Source of the DNA: Candidatus Aminicenantes bacterium
GTDB lineage: Bacteria > Acidobacteriota > Aminicenantia > Aminicenantales > JAFGBC01
Reading direction: 5' to 3'
DNA length: 64,000 nt
Assembly: GCA_963702005.1 (NCBI GenBank)
Contig: OY969696.1
Span: 544,001-608,000, forward strand
The position numbers and the translations under genes are program-made. This document shows positions 38,775 through 48,177 of the stretch, piece after piece; position 1 is the first letter of the stretch; every line of letters starts with the position of its first letter. The notes under the pieces are model-generated. The model was not told the origin of the DNA. It searched no databases and saw only the letters and a list, made by a program, of their open reading frames with translations.

Positions 38775-39548
38775 ATGGCCAAGAGAAAAATCATCGAAAT
38801 CAACCGGGACCTTTGCGACGGCTGCGGACTGTGCACGACGGCCTGCGCCGAGGGCGCCCTCGAGCTCGATGCGGAGAATAAGGCCGTCCTGGTCAAGGAG
38901 ATCTTCTGCGACGGCCTGGGCGCCTGCCTCGACGTCTGCCCGACCGGAGCCCTCAAGGTCATAGAGCGGGATAGCGCGGATTATGACGCCCAGGCGGCTT
39001 ATAAACACGTCCTTAAAACCCGCGGCAAGGAGGCGGCCGCAGAAGTTCATGGAATCGCCAAGGACCATGGACATCAGCCTAATGCGGCCGCCCCCCTTGC
39101 CTGCGGCTGTCCGGGGAGCCTCGCCCGCGAGATCAAGCCCGCCGGCGCGCGAGCCAAGGACGGGCGGACCGTTTCCGGCGCGTCCGAGCTCAGCCAGTGG
39201 CCCATCCAGCTGCATCTGATCTCGCCGGTCGCCCCCTATTTCAAGGAGAGCGACCTCCTCATCGCGGCCGACTGCACGGCTTTCGCGCTGGGGAGCTTTC
39301 ATCCCGACCTCCTCAAGGGAAAGAAGCTCGTCATCGCCTGCCCCAAGCTCGATGAGACCGGCGGCTATGTCGAGAAGCTGGCCGAGCTCATCCGCCTCAA
39401 CGACCTCAAGTCGCTGACGGTGGCCATCATGTCCGTTCCCTGCTGTTCGGGGCTTTACAGGATGGTTCAGACGGCGGTCGAGGAGTCGGGGGTCGACATC
39501 CCCATCGCCAAGATCGTCGTCGGAATCGACGGCCAGATCGCCGCCTGA
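38775..39548 (+). CDS. 4Fe-4S dicluster protein with C-terminal Cys-rich domain
   Basis: CDGCGLCTTAC, CDGLGACLDVCP, CGCPGS, QWPIQL, ADC, ACPKLD, VPCCSG; RBS AAGGAG before ATG 38775. Confidence 0.88.
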   Translation: MAKRKIIEINRDLCDGCGLCTTACAEGALELDAENKAVLVKEIFCDGLGACLDVCPTGALKVIERDSADYDAQAAYKHVLKTRGKEAAAEVHGIAKDHGHQPNAAAPLACGCPGSLAREIKPAGARAKDGRTVSGASELSQWPIQLHLISPVAPYFKESDLLIAADCTAFALGSFHPDLLKGKKLVIACPKLDETGGYVEKLAELIRLNDLKSLTVAIMSVPCCSGLYRMVQTAVEESGVDIPIAKIVVGIDGQIAA

Positions 39549-39564
39549 GACGTTGATTCTGCCG

Positions 39565-40200
39565 CTATATCGACATCGCGATTAATATCTGAGCCGCGAA
39601 ATATGTCCCGAGCGTCAGGAGTTGTCCGAACCGGCGTTTTCTCACAAACCTGTTGACGGCGAGCGAGGTGTCCGAGACGAGGAAGAGCGCGGCGCCGGAA
39701 AGAGCCAATAAAGCCCCGCCATCTCTGGCCTGAAAATAGCGGTTTGCGGCGAGCGCGGCCATGGCCGTGATGACGAGAATGTAAACGGCGACCGGGATTT
39801 TCATCTTTCCCAAGTGGGGCGAAAGGACGGCGAAAGCGACGGCGGCGAACGCCAACAGAAATAGAAGCGGCAAGACGGGAGGACGGAGCGCGACGCCGGA
39901 CAGAAACGCTGCCGCGTAGAAAACATGGGCGATCAGGAAACAGACCAGCCCTTCGATAAAGCGTTTTTTCTTGAGCATGAGAAAGATGTCGCCCGCGAGA
40001 GATAAAACAAGCCCGGCCAGGATCAGCCGGCCGTAGAGGGGCCTTTCGAGTATATATCCGATAAACGCGACATCTATGATGGCCGCCATCGTCAGAGGCT
40101 TGAAGACATAAACGAGCCCATAGCGGCCCCGATAATCGGCCAGGATGGTCAAGCCTCCCGATATCGAGGCCGCAATTAGGAGCAAGGGAATGAGCGTCAT
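39565..40200 (-). CDS. YhhN family (lysoplasmalogenase-like) membrane protein
   Basis: KPL, SLAGDIFL, FLIAHVFY, LFLVSD, TYFAAQ. Confidence 0.88.
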   Translation of the reverse strand: MTLIPLLLIAASISGGLTILADYRGRYGLVYVFKPLTMAAIIDVAFIGYILERPLYGRLILAGLVLSLAGDIFLMLKKKRFIEGLVCFLIAHVFYAAAFLSGVALRPPVLPLLFLLAFAAVAFAVLSPHLGKMKIPVAVYILVITAMAALAANRYFQARDGGALLALSGAALFLVSDTSLAVNRFVRKRRFGQLLTLGTYFAAQILIAMSI

Positions 40201-41021
40201 CCGGCCGCCTTTTTTTCCCGTTTGAGCCTTTCCCGCGCCTCGGCGAACATGGGCTCGGCGTAGCTCGAGTGCCAGGTCCGCTCCTCCCAGGATCGTTTCT
40301 CGACCATCTTCAGGAAACCCTCAAATTCGCCGAAATAGGATCCGTAGATATGGAAGCTGTCGACGAGGTCCGCGTAGCGGCCGACCCGGACCGGCCGGCC
40401 GATTCTCTCCGCGATCCGGGCCGCGATCAGGCGTTGAAGGTCGGTCAGCGCGAAGACGTTCATATAGGCGGCCTTATAGGCGTCGCGGGAGCGCCAATGG
40501 CAATTCATGTTGAGGACCGGCTCGCCCTTCTCGTCGGGAAGGATCCTGCACCAGATCCGCTGGAGGCAGGGCGGGTCGTAGGTCGGCGGATCGAGCTTCG
40601 GGTTCCAGGTGATGGCCTGAGCCCGGCGCGTGTGGCCCGTTTGGGCGAGTTTGTCGATGATAGCGTTAATTTGGTTGATGGTCGCGCCCTCGATATCATA
40701 GGCGAACAGCCGTTTGTGGTAGGTATAGGTCCACTTGCCTTCCTCGGGCGCGATCCAGTGGTCGTGGACGCCCTCGACGACTTCCTGTCTGTAAACTTCC
40801 AGGTCTTCAAGGCCTCCGGGGAAAGCGCGGTGGATGCGGGGCTCGGCGAAGGGGTCCTCGGCAACCCAGAGCATCGTGCAATCCCGGCTGGGGGGATCTC
40901 CGGGCTTGTCGTATTCGGTCGGGACCGCGGTGCCTTGGTTCCAGCAGGCGAGGACCGCTTTTTCCCAAGCTTCGGGCAGGGTTTTGCCTTGGACATACAG
41001 GATCGGGATGTTGCCGTTCAT
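40197..41021 (-). CDS. Thymidylate synthase, archaeal-like ThyA
   Basis: YTYHKRL, TRRAQAITW, DPPCLQ (catalytic Cys), WRSRD, SFHIY. Confidence 0.8.
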   Translation of the reverse strand: MNGNIPILYVQGKTLPEAWEKAVLACWNQGTAVPTEYDKPGDPPSRDCTMLWVAEDPFAEPRIHRAFPGGLEDLEVYRQEVVEGVHDHWIAPEEGKWTYTYHKRLFAYDIEGATINQINAIIDKLAQTGHTRRAQAITWNPKLDPPTYDPPCLQRIWCRILPDEKGEPVLNMNCHWRSRDAYKAAYMNVFALTDLQRLIAARIAERIGRPVRVGRYADLVDSFHIYGSYFGEFEGFLKMVEKRSWEERTWHSSYAEPMFAEARERLKREKKAAG

Positions 41022-41148
41022 GCGCGCCTCGCTTTCATGACGGGGGCCGCTCCTTTCTTATCACATGCCTCCGCCCCGGTCAACGCGAGGCGGGATGGAA
41101 TGAGATGATTTCGGGGATTGACCCAAAATTGCCGACAGAAGTCGGCAA

Positions 41149-41204
41149 GGAATTCCGGGACATGAACCGAATTTCTTAATTCGGTATCGTGTCCCAGGAA
41201 TTCC
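41149..41204. repeat. Divergent REP family B hairpin
   Basis: GGAATTCCGGGACATGAACCGAATT-TCTT-AATTCGGTATCGTGTCCCAGGAATTCC; same GGAATTC..GGGACA arms as 32620-32708. Confidence 0.7.
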
Positions 41205-41222
41205 GGATGTCACCCGGCGCGC

Positions 41223-41485
41223 TTATTTGAGATGAAACCTGAAGCTGATGACGAAATTCAACTTAAAATACCCCAACCCATCCGGCTGTCGACCTCGACG
41301 TCGCCTTTTCGGATTGTCGTGACGTTCCTTGAATAAGTGCCTTGAAAGCTGTTGAAGGGCAGGGCTAATCCAACATAGAACGTGCCGCCTTTGCGCACCG
41401 GCTCTTGCGCGAGTGCCGGCGCGGTGGTCAGGATCAGTATGCCGATGACTGAAAGAAGGATTTTCTTGGATGATTGTCTTTTCAA
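41223..41485 (-). pseudogene. Internally deleted outer-membrane beta-barrel-like gene remnant
   Basis: RBS AAGGAGG plus TTG 41485, signal peptide (..TAPALA), early stop. A second frame ends FKLNFVISFRFHLK, like a terminal barrel strand. Confidence 0.45.
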
Positions 41486-41749
41486 CTCGTGACCTCCTTC
41501 GTCCAATATGCCGATGGAAAATATAGCCGACGATACTGGAATATTTATATAAAACGACGTAAGCATCTGTCAAATGATTAAACCAACCTGGTATTGACAG
41601 CTTCGCCTTACTGCGAATATATTATTTTTTAGAAGGGGTTTGAGGTGTTTTTCGGAGCTGCCTTTATTCTTGAATCTTTAAACTACCTTAGTTGAATTTG
41701 GAGGACTGATTATGTGCTTATTTTTACGCTATATAATTTGAGAGCAGAA

Positions 41750-42547
41750 ATGAAAATTCTTTTTTTAGATGATTCTTATAGGGTGGATAAAAATTATTTG
41801 GGCAATGGAGGATTTTGCATTGATGAAGAAGAAATCAGTAAGCTTTGTGAAGATATCCTTAAACTAAAACGAAGATTCCATATACCCAGTAACGTAGAGA
41901 TCAAGTGGTCACCCGATCAAGCTCATTATCTTCGGACCCTTTCTAATGAAGTTAGGAAAAAGTTATATAAAGATCTGTTGGGATTACTAAAAAATTATAA
42001 TGTCGCTGTTATTTGTTCAGTTCATGACCTTAATGAATGTTATGGAGTAAAAAAACATAAATGGAATATGAATAGGAGTCTCCTATGGGCTACAAAAGAG
42101 CAATTTAAGTATATTGCAGAAAGATTCGAAAGGCCTGTTTTAGAATCAAGCGATGATTATGGAATAATTATTGCTGATAAATATTCCGATAACAAAGGAG
42201 AAATAGACCTTCTAAAGGATATGATGGATGCCATTACGTTTGGGACGGACTATAGAAAATTTAAAAGAGTTTGTATGAATCCACTTATAGCAATATCTGA
42301 TTTTTGTCCCCCAATTCAAATATCGGATACCATAATAGGCATAATTGTTGGGGCTCTAGCTCAAAGCGAGTATGCTAAAAGCTATATTACTGATTTAGTC
42401 AGTTTGTTTTTAAAGAATCCCAATTATGGAGCTACAACCTCTTCTCCAATTCTTTCGACTTCGATTTTAGGTTTTGGATTGATCATGTTCCCTTCTGGCT
42501 TCAGAACTAAAGGGATAGATTTATTTAGAAGATTAGATAAGGAATAG
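41750..42547 (+). CDS. DUF3800-like (RNase H-fold) protein
   Basis: N-terminal LFLDDS, EIKW, IIIAD, C-terminal PPIQISD; AT-rich. Confidence 0.7.
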   Translation: MKILFLDDSYRVDKNYLGNGGFCIDEEEISKLCEDILKLKRRFHIPSNVEIKWSPDQAHYLRTLSNEVRKKLYKDLLGLLKNYNVAVICSVHDLNECYGVKKHKWNMNRSLLWATKEQFKYIAERFERPVLESSDDYGIIIADKYSDNKGEIDLLKDMMDAITFGTDYRKFKRVCMNPLIAISDFCPPIQISDTIIGIIVGALAQSEYAKSYITDLVSLFLKNPNYGATTSSPILSTSILGFGLIMFPSGFRTKGIDLFRRLDKE

Positions 42548-42742
42548 ATCTTTAGTGAAAAGGGCCTAAGAGAGTTATGAAGAAAATAGATACAATGGAG
42601 AAAGAGATGCTTTTAAAATATGTTTACAAAAAAGATATAAATATTCGACCCTGCCAGGTCTTGATGAAGTCCAAAGTAAATGGCCATTTTTATCTCTTTA
42701 ATGAGGCGTTGGGTAATAAAACTGAGAAGGAGGACAAAGGAA

Positions 42743-43360
42743 ATGCATAAAAGGAATGCAATTTTATTGGCAATAACATTGGGGCTTCTGGCCAGCTGCG
42801 CTTCGACCCACATTACGGCTTTCAAGGATCCCGATTTTGTCGGGAAGTCTTTTCATCGGATACTCGTTATAGCGCCTTTTTCCGACTTGGAATACAGGGA
42901 TACCGCCGAAAAAGCCTTTATCTTTTGGTTTTCCGAGTTTTCTGTAGATGCAATTTCTTCGATAAGAATAATGCCTCCGACCAGAGACTACTCAAATGAG
43001 GAATTTAATAACGTCCTATCTAAGAACAAAATTGAAGCAGTTCTTGTTATCACGCTCACCGATGCTTTCACTTCCGAAGCCTATGTGCCTGGTTCCTCGC
43101 GCACTGACGCTAAAGCTACTTTAATGGGCAATTATATTCAATATTCATCTCAAACTCGCCAATCTCCAGGCTATTTTATCTCGAAGCCTCGAGTTAAATT
43201 TGAGCTGCGGCTTTTTGATGTCGCTTCAGGAAAAACGGCATGGATAGCTTCTTCATTTACAAAAGGGAATGCATTGGCCGGTTTTGGGACTTTAATGAGT
43301 TCTCTGGCAAACAACACAGCATTTCAGCTGAGGTATGACGGGTTGTTACGTAAGAAGTGA
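42743..43360 (+). CDS. Lipoprotein of unknown function
   Basis: Lipobox LLASC after MHKRNAILLAITLG; C-terminal LRLFDVASGKTAW pattern. Confidence 0.75.
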   Translation: MHKRNAILLAITLGLLASCASTHITAFKDPDFVGKSFHRILVIAPFSDLEYRDTAEKAFIFWFSEFSVDAISSIRIMPPTRDYSNEEFNNVLSKNKIEAVLVITLTDAFTSEAYVPGSSRTDAKATLMGNYIQYSSQTRQSPGYFISKPRVKFELRLFDVASGKTAWIASSFTKGNALAGFGTLMSSLANNTAFQLRYDGLLRKK

Positions 43361-43422
43361 TCTATAAGCACAGAGATATAACAAGCATTATTCGCAGTCT
43401 CCGAGTTTCCCGCTAATCACGC

Positions 43423-43451
43423 TTGACATTAATCACGCAACGCGATACTAT
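43423..43451 (+). promoter_or_regulatory. higBA promoter with probable operator
   Basis: TTGACA-17 nt-TACTAT; the spacer contains the imperfect palindrome ATCACG-CAA-CGCGAT; ATG 6 nt after the -10. Confidence 0.75.
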
Positions 43452-43457
43452 CGGACC

Positions 43458-43736
43458 ATGATTGTGTCGTTCAAATCCGCAGATGCGGAAGCGCTTGCGA
43501 ACGGCCAGAGAGTCAAGCGGTTCGCCAAGATCGAGTCTGTTGCGCGGCGCAAGTTGCGACAGCTGCAGATCGCGGGGCGACTCGAGGACCTCCGTGTGCC
43601 GCCGGGCAATCGCCTCGAGGCGCTTAAAGGTGATCGTGAAGGTCACTTCAGCATCCGCGTGAACGATCGATTTCGAGTCTGCTTCCGCTGGACGGCCGCG
43701 GGCGCCGAAGACGTCGAAATTGTGGACTACCATTAA
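43458..43736 (+). CDS. higB: HigB toxin (RelE/ParE superfamily)
   Basis: MIVSFK, DLRVPPGNRLEALKGDREGHFSIRVNDRFRVCFRW, EIVDYH. Confidence 0.95.
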   Translation: MIVSFKSADAEALANGQRVKRFAKIESVARRKLRQLQIAGRLEDLRVPPGNRLEALKGDREGHFSIRVNDRFRVCFRWTAAGAEDVEIVDYH

Positions 43737-43748
43737 GGAGATAAGACT

Positions 43749-44066
43749 ATGACGAAGCTCAAGCCCGTAACACCGGGCGAATTGCTGCGCGAGGAGTTCC
43801 TGAAACCGATGGGCATCTCGCAGTATCGCCTCGCCAAGGAGATCGGTGTGCCCGCCCAGCGCATCGGCGAGATCGTTGCCGGTAAACGCGCCGTCACGGC
43901 CGATACCGACCTGCGGCTGTGCCGGTTCTTCGGCCTGTCCAACGGCTACTGGTTGCGGGCTCAGGCGGCTTATGACACGGAAGTGGCGGAGGACGCCCTC
44001 TCGGATAAGTTGAAGAAGATCAAACCGTGGTCGGGGCTCGGATCGCACTTGGGTCGCACGGCATAA
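43749..44066 (+). CDS. higA: HigA antitoxin (HTH-XRE)
   Basis: PGELLREEFLKPMGISQYRLAK..RIGEIVAGKRAVTADTDLRL..WLRAQ. Confidence 0.95.
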   Translation: MTKLKPVTPGELLREEFLKPMGISQYRLAKEIGVPAQRIGEIVAGKRAVTADTDLRLCRFFGLSNGYWLRAQAAYDTEVAEDALSDKLKKIKPWSGLGSHLGRTA

Positions 44067-44153
44067 AATGCCCTTAGAAACCCTTTTGCTATTTAGCATC
44101 GAGTCGGGGTATCATGGGGGCGAAAATGAAATCCGCTAAAAACAGGGGTCATC

Positions 44154-44921
44154 ATGGCTGAACAATTCTCGGATGAAAGCCGCAAGAAAATCGCCCTATT
44201 CATCGACGGCGATAACGCCCAACCCTCGCTCCTGGGAAAGATGCTGGCCGAGGTCGCCAAGTACGGCCTGGTCACCATCCGCCGCATCTACGGCGACTGG
44301 ACGACGGCCAACATGGGCGGCTGGAAGATGGCCCTCAACGAGAACGCCATCCAGCCCATCCAGCAGTTCCGCTATACGATCGGCAAGAATGCGACGGACA
44401 GCGCCATGATCATCGACGCCATGGACATCCTCCACGGCCACCTCGTCGACGGGTTCTGCCTCGTCTCGAGCGACAGCGATTACACCCGCCTGGCGACCCG
44501 GATCCGGGAGATGGGCTTCTTCGTCATGGGAATCGGCAAGGAGAAGACGCCCCGGGCCTTCGTCAACGCCTGCAACCTCTTCATTTACACCGAGAACCTG
44601 ATACCCAAGCGTCAAGCCCGCGAGCACGAGCGTCCTTCCCGAAGGACCGAACGGACCGAGCGGACCGAGGGCGAACGGCCCAACCGGCTCGACCCGGCCC
44701 CACTCCTGCGGGGCGCCGTGGACATGGCCGTCCAGGAGGACGGCTGGGCCAACCTGGGCACGATCGGGTTCACGCTCCGCCAGCTCGACCCGGGCTTCGA
44801 CCCCCGGACCTACGGATACAAACAGCTGTCCCAGCTTTTCAAGGCCCACCCCACCCAATTCGAGCTCCGCGTCGAGGACGAGAGCGGCCGGGCCGACATC
44901 TACGTCCGGCTCAAGGAATAG
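44154..44921 (+). CDS. NYN domain protein with C-terminal OST-HTH/LOTUS
   Basis: IALFIDGDN, RRIYGDW, GKNATD, LVSSDSDY; C-terminal DPGFDPRTYGYKQLSQL. Confidence 0.92.
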   Translation: MAEQFSDESRKKIALFIDGDNAQPSLLGKMLAEVAKYGLVTIRRIYGDWTTANMGGWKMALNENAIQPIQQFRYTIGKNATDSAMIIDAMDILHGHLVDGFCLVSSDSDYTRLATRIREMGFFVMGIGKEKTPRAFVNACNLFIYTENLIPKRQAREHERPSRRTERTERTEGERPNRLDPAPLLRGAVDMAVQEDGWANLGTIGFTLRQLDPGFDPRTYGYKQLSQLFKAHPTQFELRVEDESGRADIYVRLKE

Positions 44922-44935
44922 CGGGGACGTCGGCT

Positions 44936-45433
44936 GTGGGGGCGCGCGCCTCTGTATTTCTCGAATCGCCCATCGGGGTTCTTGAGATCACGGGAACCGA
45001 GCGGGGCGTCGAATCAGTCAATTTTGTCGAGCGGCGTCCTTCCGCCGGACCCGCAGATTCGAACAAGGCCCCGACGCCCCTCCTCGAATGCCGCCGCCAG
45101 CTCGACGACTATTTTCGAGGCCGCCGCACCGAGTTCGATCTTCCGCTCGACCTGGCTGGGACTCCCTTCCAGAAAGAAGTCTGGCGCAGGCTCCGCCTCG
45201 TCCCCTTCGGCGAAACGACGAGCTACGGCGCGATAGCCGCGGCCATGAAGCGGCCCGGAGGCGCTCGCGCCGTGGGCGGCGCCAACCACCGGAATCCCAT
45301 CTCCATAATCGTCCCCTGCCACCGGGTCCTCGGCGGCGGCGGGAGCCTTGTCGGCTACGGCGGAGGGCTGTGGCGAAAGGAATGGCTCTTGTCCCACGAG
45401 CGGAAGATGCGGGCGGGCCGGCCCATTTCATAG
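44936..45433 (+). CDS. ogt: Methylated-DNA--protein-cysteine methyltransferase
   Basis: GTPFQKEVW, ARAVGGA, NPISIIVPCHRV, GYGGG. Confidence 0.95.
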   Translation: MGARASVFLESPIGVLEITGTERGVESVNFVERRPSAGPADSNKAPTPLLECRRQLDDYFRGRRTEFDLPLDLAGTPFQKEVWRRLRLVPFGETTSYGAIAAAMKRPGGARAVGGANHRNPISIIVPCHRVLGGGGSLVGYGGGLWRKEWLLSHERKMRAGRPIS

Positions 45434-45442
45434 GAGGAGACC

Positions 45443-47221
45443 ATGATCGACACACTCAGCCAAATCTTCATCAACACGATCAAGGAATACCCCAAGGACG
45501 GCCTTCTCCAGTATAAGAAGGAAGGCCGCTACCTTCCGATCTCGACGCGCCTGTTCGGCGAGACCGTCCGCGAGATCGCCCTCGGTCTCAAGGCTCTCGG
45601 CGTCGAGCGGGGGGACAAGCTGGTTATTCTCTCGGAAAACCGCCCCGAATGGGTCATGGTTGATTTCGCCAACCTCTGCCTGGGCGGGGTGACCGTTCCC
45701 ATCTACCCGACCCTGATGCCCGAGCAGGTCAAGTACATCATCGAGGATTCCGAAGCCAAGATCGTCGTCTGCTCATCGGGGGCCCTTTGGGACAAGGTCC
45801 GGGCCGTCCGCAAGGCCCTCGGCCGCGTCAAACACTACATCCTCATGGACGGGCCGGCGCCCGACGGGGTCCTGACCCTCGAGAGCCTCCGGGAGAAAGG
45901 CCGGAGGGCGGCGGCCGAGCGGCCGGGTCTGTTCGAGGAGACGGCCCTGAGCGTCAAGCCCGACGACTTGGCCTCGATCATCTACACCTCGGGGACGACG
46001 GGCGTCCCCAAGGGCGTCTTGCTGACCCACGGGAACTTCGTGAGCAACGTCAAGACCCTGACCGCGATCGTCGCCTTCGACGTCAGGGACACCGTCCTGT
46101 CCTTTCTTCCCCTTTCCCACGTCTTGGAACGGATGACGACCTTCTCCTTTCTCTACAAGGGCTGCTCGATCGCCTACGCCGAGAGCGTCGAAACCGTCGC
46201 CGAAAACCTGCTCGAGGTCCGGCCCCAGATCATGATCAGCGTGCCGCGCCTGTTCGATAAAATCTACGCCAAGGTCATGGACACGATCCTGGCCGGGTCG
46301 TCCCTCAAGAAAAAGATCTTCTTCTGGGCCCTGCGGACCGGGAAGAAGTACAGCGGACGCCGCCTCGAGGGGAAACCCGTGTCCGCCCTCCTCAAAGCCA
46401 AGAACGGGCTGGCCGGCAAGCTCGTCTTCGCCAAGATCCTGGCCAAGACGGGAGGCCGGGTCCGCTTTTTCGTCTCGGGCGGGGCGCCCCTGTCCAAGGA
46501 CATCGCCGAGTTCTTCTTCGCCATCGGTTTGACCATCCTCGAGGGCTACGGCCTGACCGAGACGGCGCCCGTCCTGGCCGTCAACACCTTCGATAAAATC
46601 CGGCTGGGGACGGTCGGGATGCCCATCCCCGGGATCGAGCTTCGGATCGCCGCCGACGGCGAGATCATCGTCCGCGGGCCGAACGTCATGAAGGGCTATT
46701 TCAAGAAGGAGGCCGAGACACGCGAGGTTCTGATCGACGGCTGGCTTTATACCGGCGACATCGGCCACCTCGACCCGGACGGCTTCCTGGTTATAACCGA
46801 CCGCAAGAAGGACCTGATCATCACGGCCGGCGGCAAGAACGTCGCGCCCCAGCCCATCGAAAACCTGCTCAAGACCATCCCGCTAGTCGCCAACGCCGTG
46901 GTCATCGGCGGCAACCGCAAATTCATCGCCGCCCTGATTGTCCCCGACTTCGAGAAACTCGTGGCCTATGCTAAGGAAGCTCGGATTCCCTTCGCGAGCC
47001 GAAGGGAGCTTATCGTGAGGCCCGAGGCCGTGGACTTCATCATGGCCGCCATCGACCGGGCGTCCGCCCACCTCGCGCCTTTCGAGCGGGTCAGGAAAAT
47101 CGCCCTCCTCGACAGGGACTTCGAGATCGAGGCCGGCGAGATGACGCCCACCCTCAAGGTCCGGCGGACGATCGTCGAGGCCAAGTACAAGGACGACATC
47201 GACGCCCTCTACCGGGATTAA
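45443..47221 (+). CDS. fadD: Long-chain fatty acid--CoA ligase
   Basis: IIYTSGTTGVPKG, EGYGLTE, TGDIG, DRKKDLI, MTPTLKVRR. Confidence 0.92.
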   Translation: MIDTLSQIFINTIKEYPKDGLLQYKKEGRYLPISTRLFGETVREIALGLKALGVERGDKLVILSENRPEWVMVDFANLCLGGVTVPIYPTLMPEQVKYIIEDSEAKIVVCSSGALWDKVRAVRKALGRVKHYILMDGPAPDGVLTLESLREKGRRAAAERPGLFEETALSVKPDDLASIIYTSGTTGVPKGVLLTHGNFVSNVKTLTAIVAFDVRDTVLSFLPLSHVLERMTTFSFLYKGCSIAYAESVETVAENLLEVRPQIMISVPRLFDKIYAKVMDTILAGSSLKKKIFFWALRTGKKYSGRRLEGKPVSALLKAKNGLAGKLVFAKILAKTGGRVRFFVSGGAPLSKDIAEFFFAIGLTILEGYGLTETAPVLAVNTFDKIRLGTVGMPIPGIELRIAADGEIIVRGPNVMKGYFKKEAETREVLIDGWLYTGDIGHLDPDGFLVITDRKKDLIITAGGKNVAPQPIENLLKTIPLVANAVVIGGNRKFIAALIVPDFEKLVAYAKEARIPFASRRELIVRPEAVDFIMAAIDRASAHLAPFERVRKIALLDRDFEIEAGEMTPTLKVRRTIVEAKYKDDIDALYRD

Positions 47222-47245
47222 TTCCGGGGACACACGACTTAATTC
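47220..47245. repeat. REP family B single arm
   Basis: AATTCCGGGGACACACGACTTAATTC, one mismatch to the 32620 arm, overlapping the fadD stop. Confidence 0.85.
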
Positions 47246-47280
47246 TTGCGAAAAAAGCGCTTCCGGCCGCGTCTTTTCTT

Positions 47281-48093
47281 ATGACCATGACAGAATCCCA
47301 ATTTCCCGCCCCCGCCCCGCGGCCCGGAAACGGCGGAGCCCGTCCGTCCGGCCATCGTCGCCGCCTCCGCGAGAGGTTCTTAAAGCACGGGCTGGGCGGG
47401 TTTCTGGACTATGAGGTCATCGAGCTTCTCCTGACCCTGGGGACACCGCGCCGGGACTGTAAGGAGCCCGCCAAGGCCGCCCTCCGCGAGTTCAGGTCCC
47501 TGCGGGGCGTCCTCGAATCCTCGGCCGGGGATCTCAGGCGAGTCCGGGGGATCGGTCCCCGCAACGCGTTCGGGATCAAGCTCATCCACGAGGTCTCGCG
47601 GCGCTTCCTCAAGGACAAGATGATGAGCCAGCCCGTCTGCCGTTCCTCCCGGGAGGTGTTCGATTTCCTTTACCACGCCCTCCGGGACCAGAAAAAGGAG
47701 CAGTTCAAGGTCCTGTTCCTGGACGTCAAGAACCAGATTCTCGAGGAGAAAACCCTGTTCGAGGGAACGGTCGACGGAAGCGCCGTCTATCCGCGAGAGA
47801 TCGTCAAGGACGCGCTGCGCACGAACGCCTCCGCCCTCATCTTCGTCCACAACCATCCCTCCGGGGACCCGGAGCCCTCCCTGTGCGACCGGGAGATCAC
47901 CCGGGACCTCGTCTTCGCCGCCGGCGTCATGCAGATCAAGGTCCTCGACCATATCATCATCGGGAACAACTCCTACTACAGCTTCGCCGACCGGGGGCTC
48001 GTCGAGGAGTACGAGAGCTGCTTCCGGGAATGGAACCGAGGGCCGGTCCGGGAGGCACCAAGGAGCCGAGTTTACAGCCCGCGCGGGTTGTGA
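47281..48093 (+). CDS. radC: RadC (JAB/MPN) family protein
   Basis: GHRRRLRERF, HhH (VRGIGP), YPREIVK, HNHPSGDPEPS..D, LDHIIIG. Confidence 0.93.
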   Translation: MTMTESQFPAPAPRPGNGGARPSGHRRRLRERFLKHGLGGFLDYEVIELLLTLGTPRRDCKEPAKAALREFRSLRGVLESSAGDLRRVRGIGPRNAFGIKLIHEVSRRFLKDKMMSQPVCRSSREVFDFLYHALRDQKKEQFKVLFLDVKNQILEEKTLFEGTVDGSAVYPREIVKDALRTNASALIFVHNHPSGDPEPSLCDREITRDLVFAAGVMQIKVLDHIIIGNNSYYSFADRGLVEEYESCFREWNRGPVREAPRSRVYSPRGL

Positions 48094-48177
48094 TAAAAAG
48101 AAAGGTGATCCCGCGGCCGACTCTCCCCGGGAGGGGGTCCGGGCCGGGGGACGCCCCGCGATCAAACGAGGTGCACG

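Noticed and set aside
42545-42580. Second possible amber readthrough after DUF3800
   Set aside because: Adds only about 10 codons, and TAG is a normal stop in core genes here, so there is no support for recoding.
44640-44670. 9-bp tandem repeat (RTERTERTE) in the NYN linker; likewise the EPKP-type tail of RecA (~49200-49290)
   Set aside because: Ordinary in-frame low-complexity linkers.
47246-48177. LexA/SOS box upstream of radC-recA
   Set aside because: No convincing palindrome of a known LexA type is visible.
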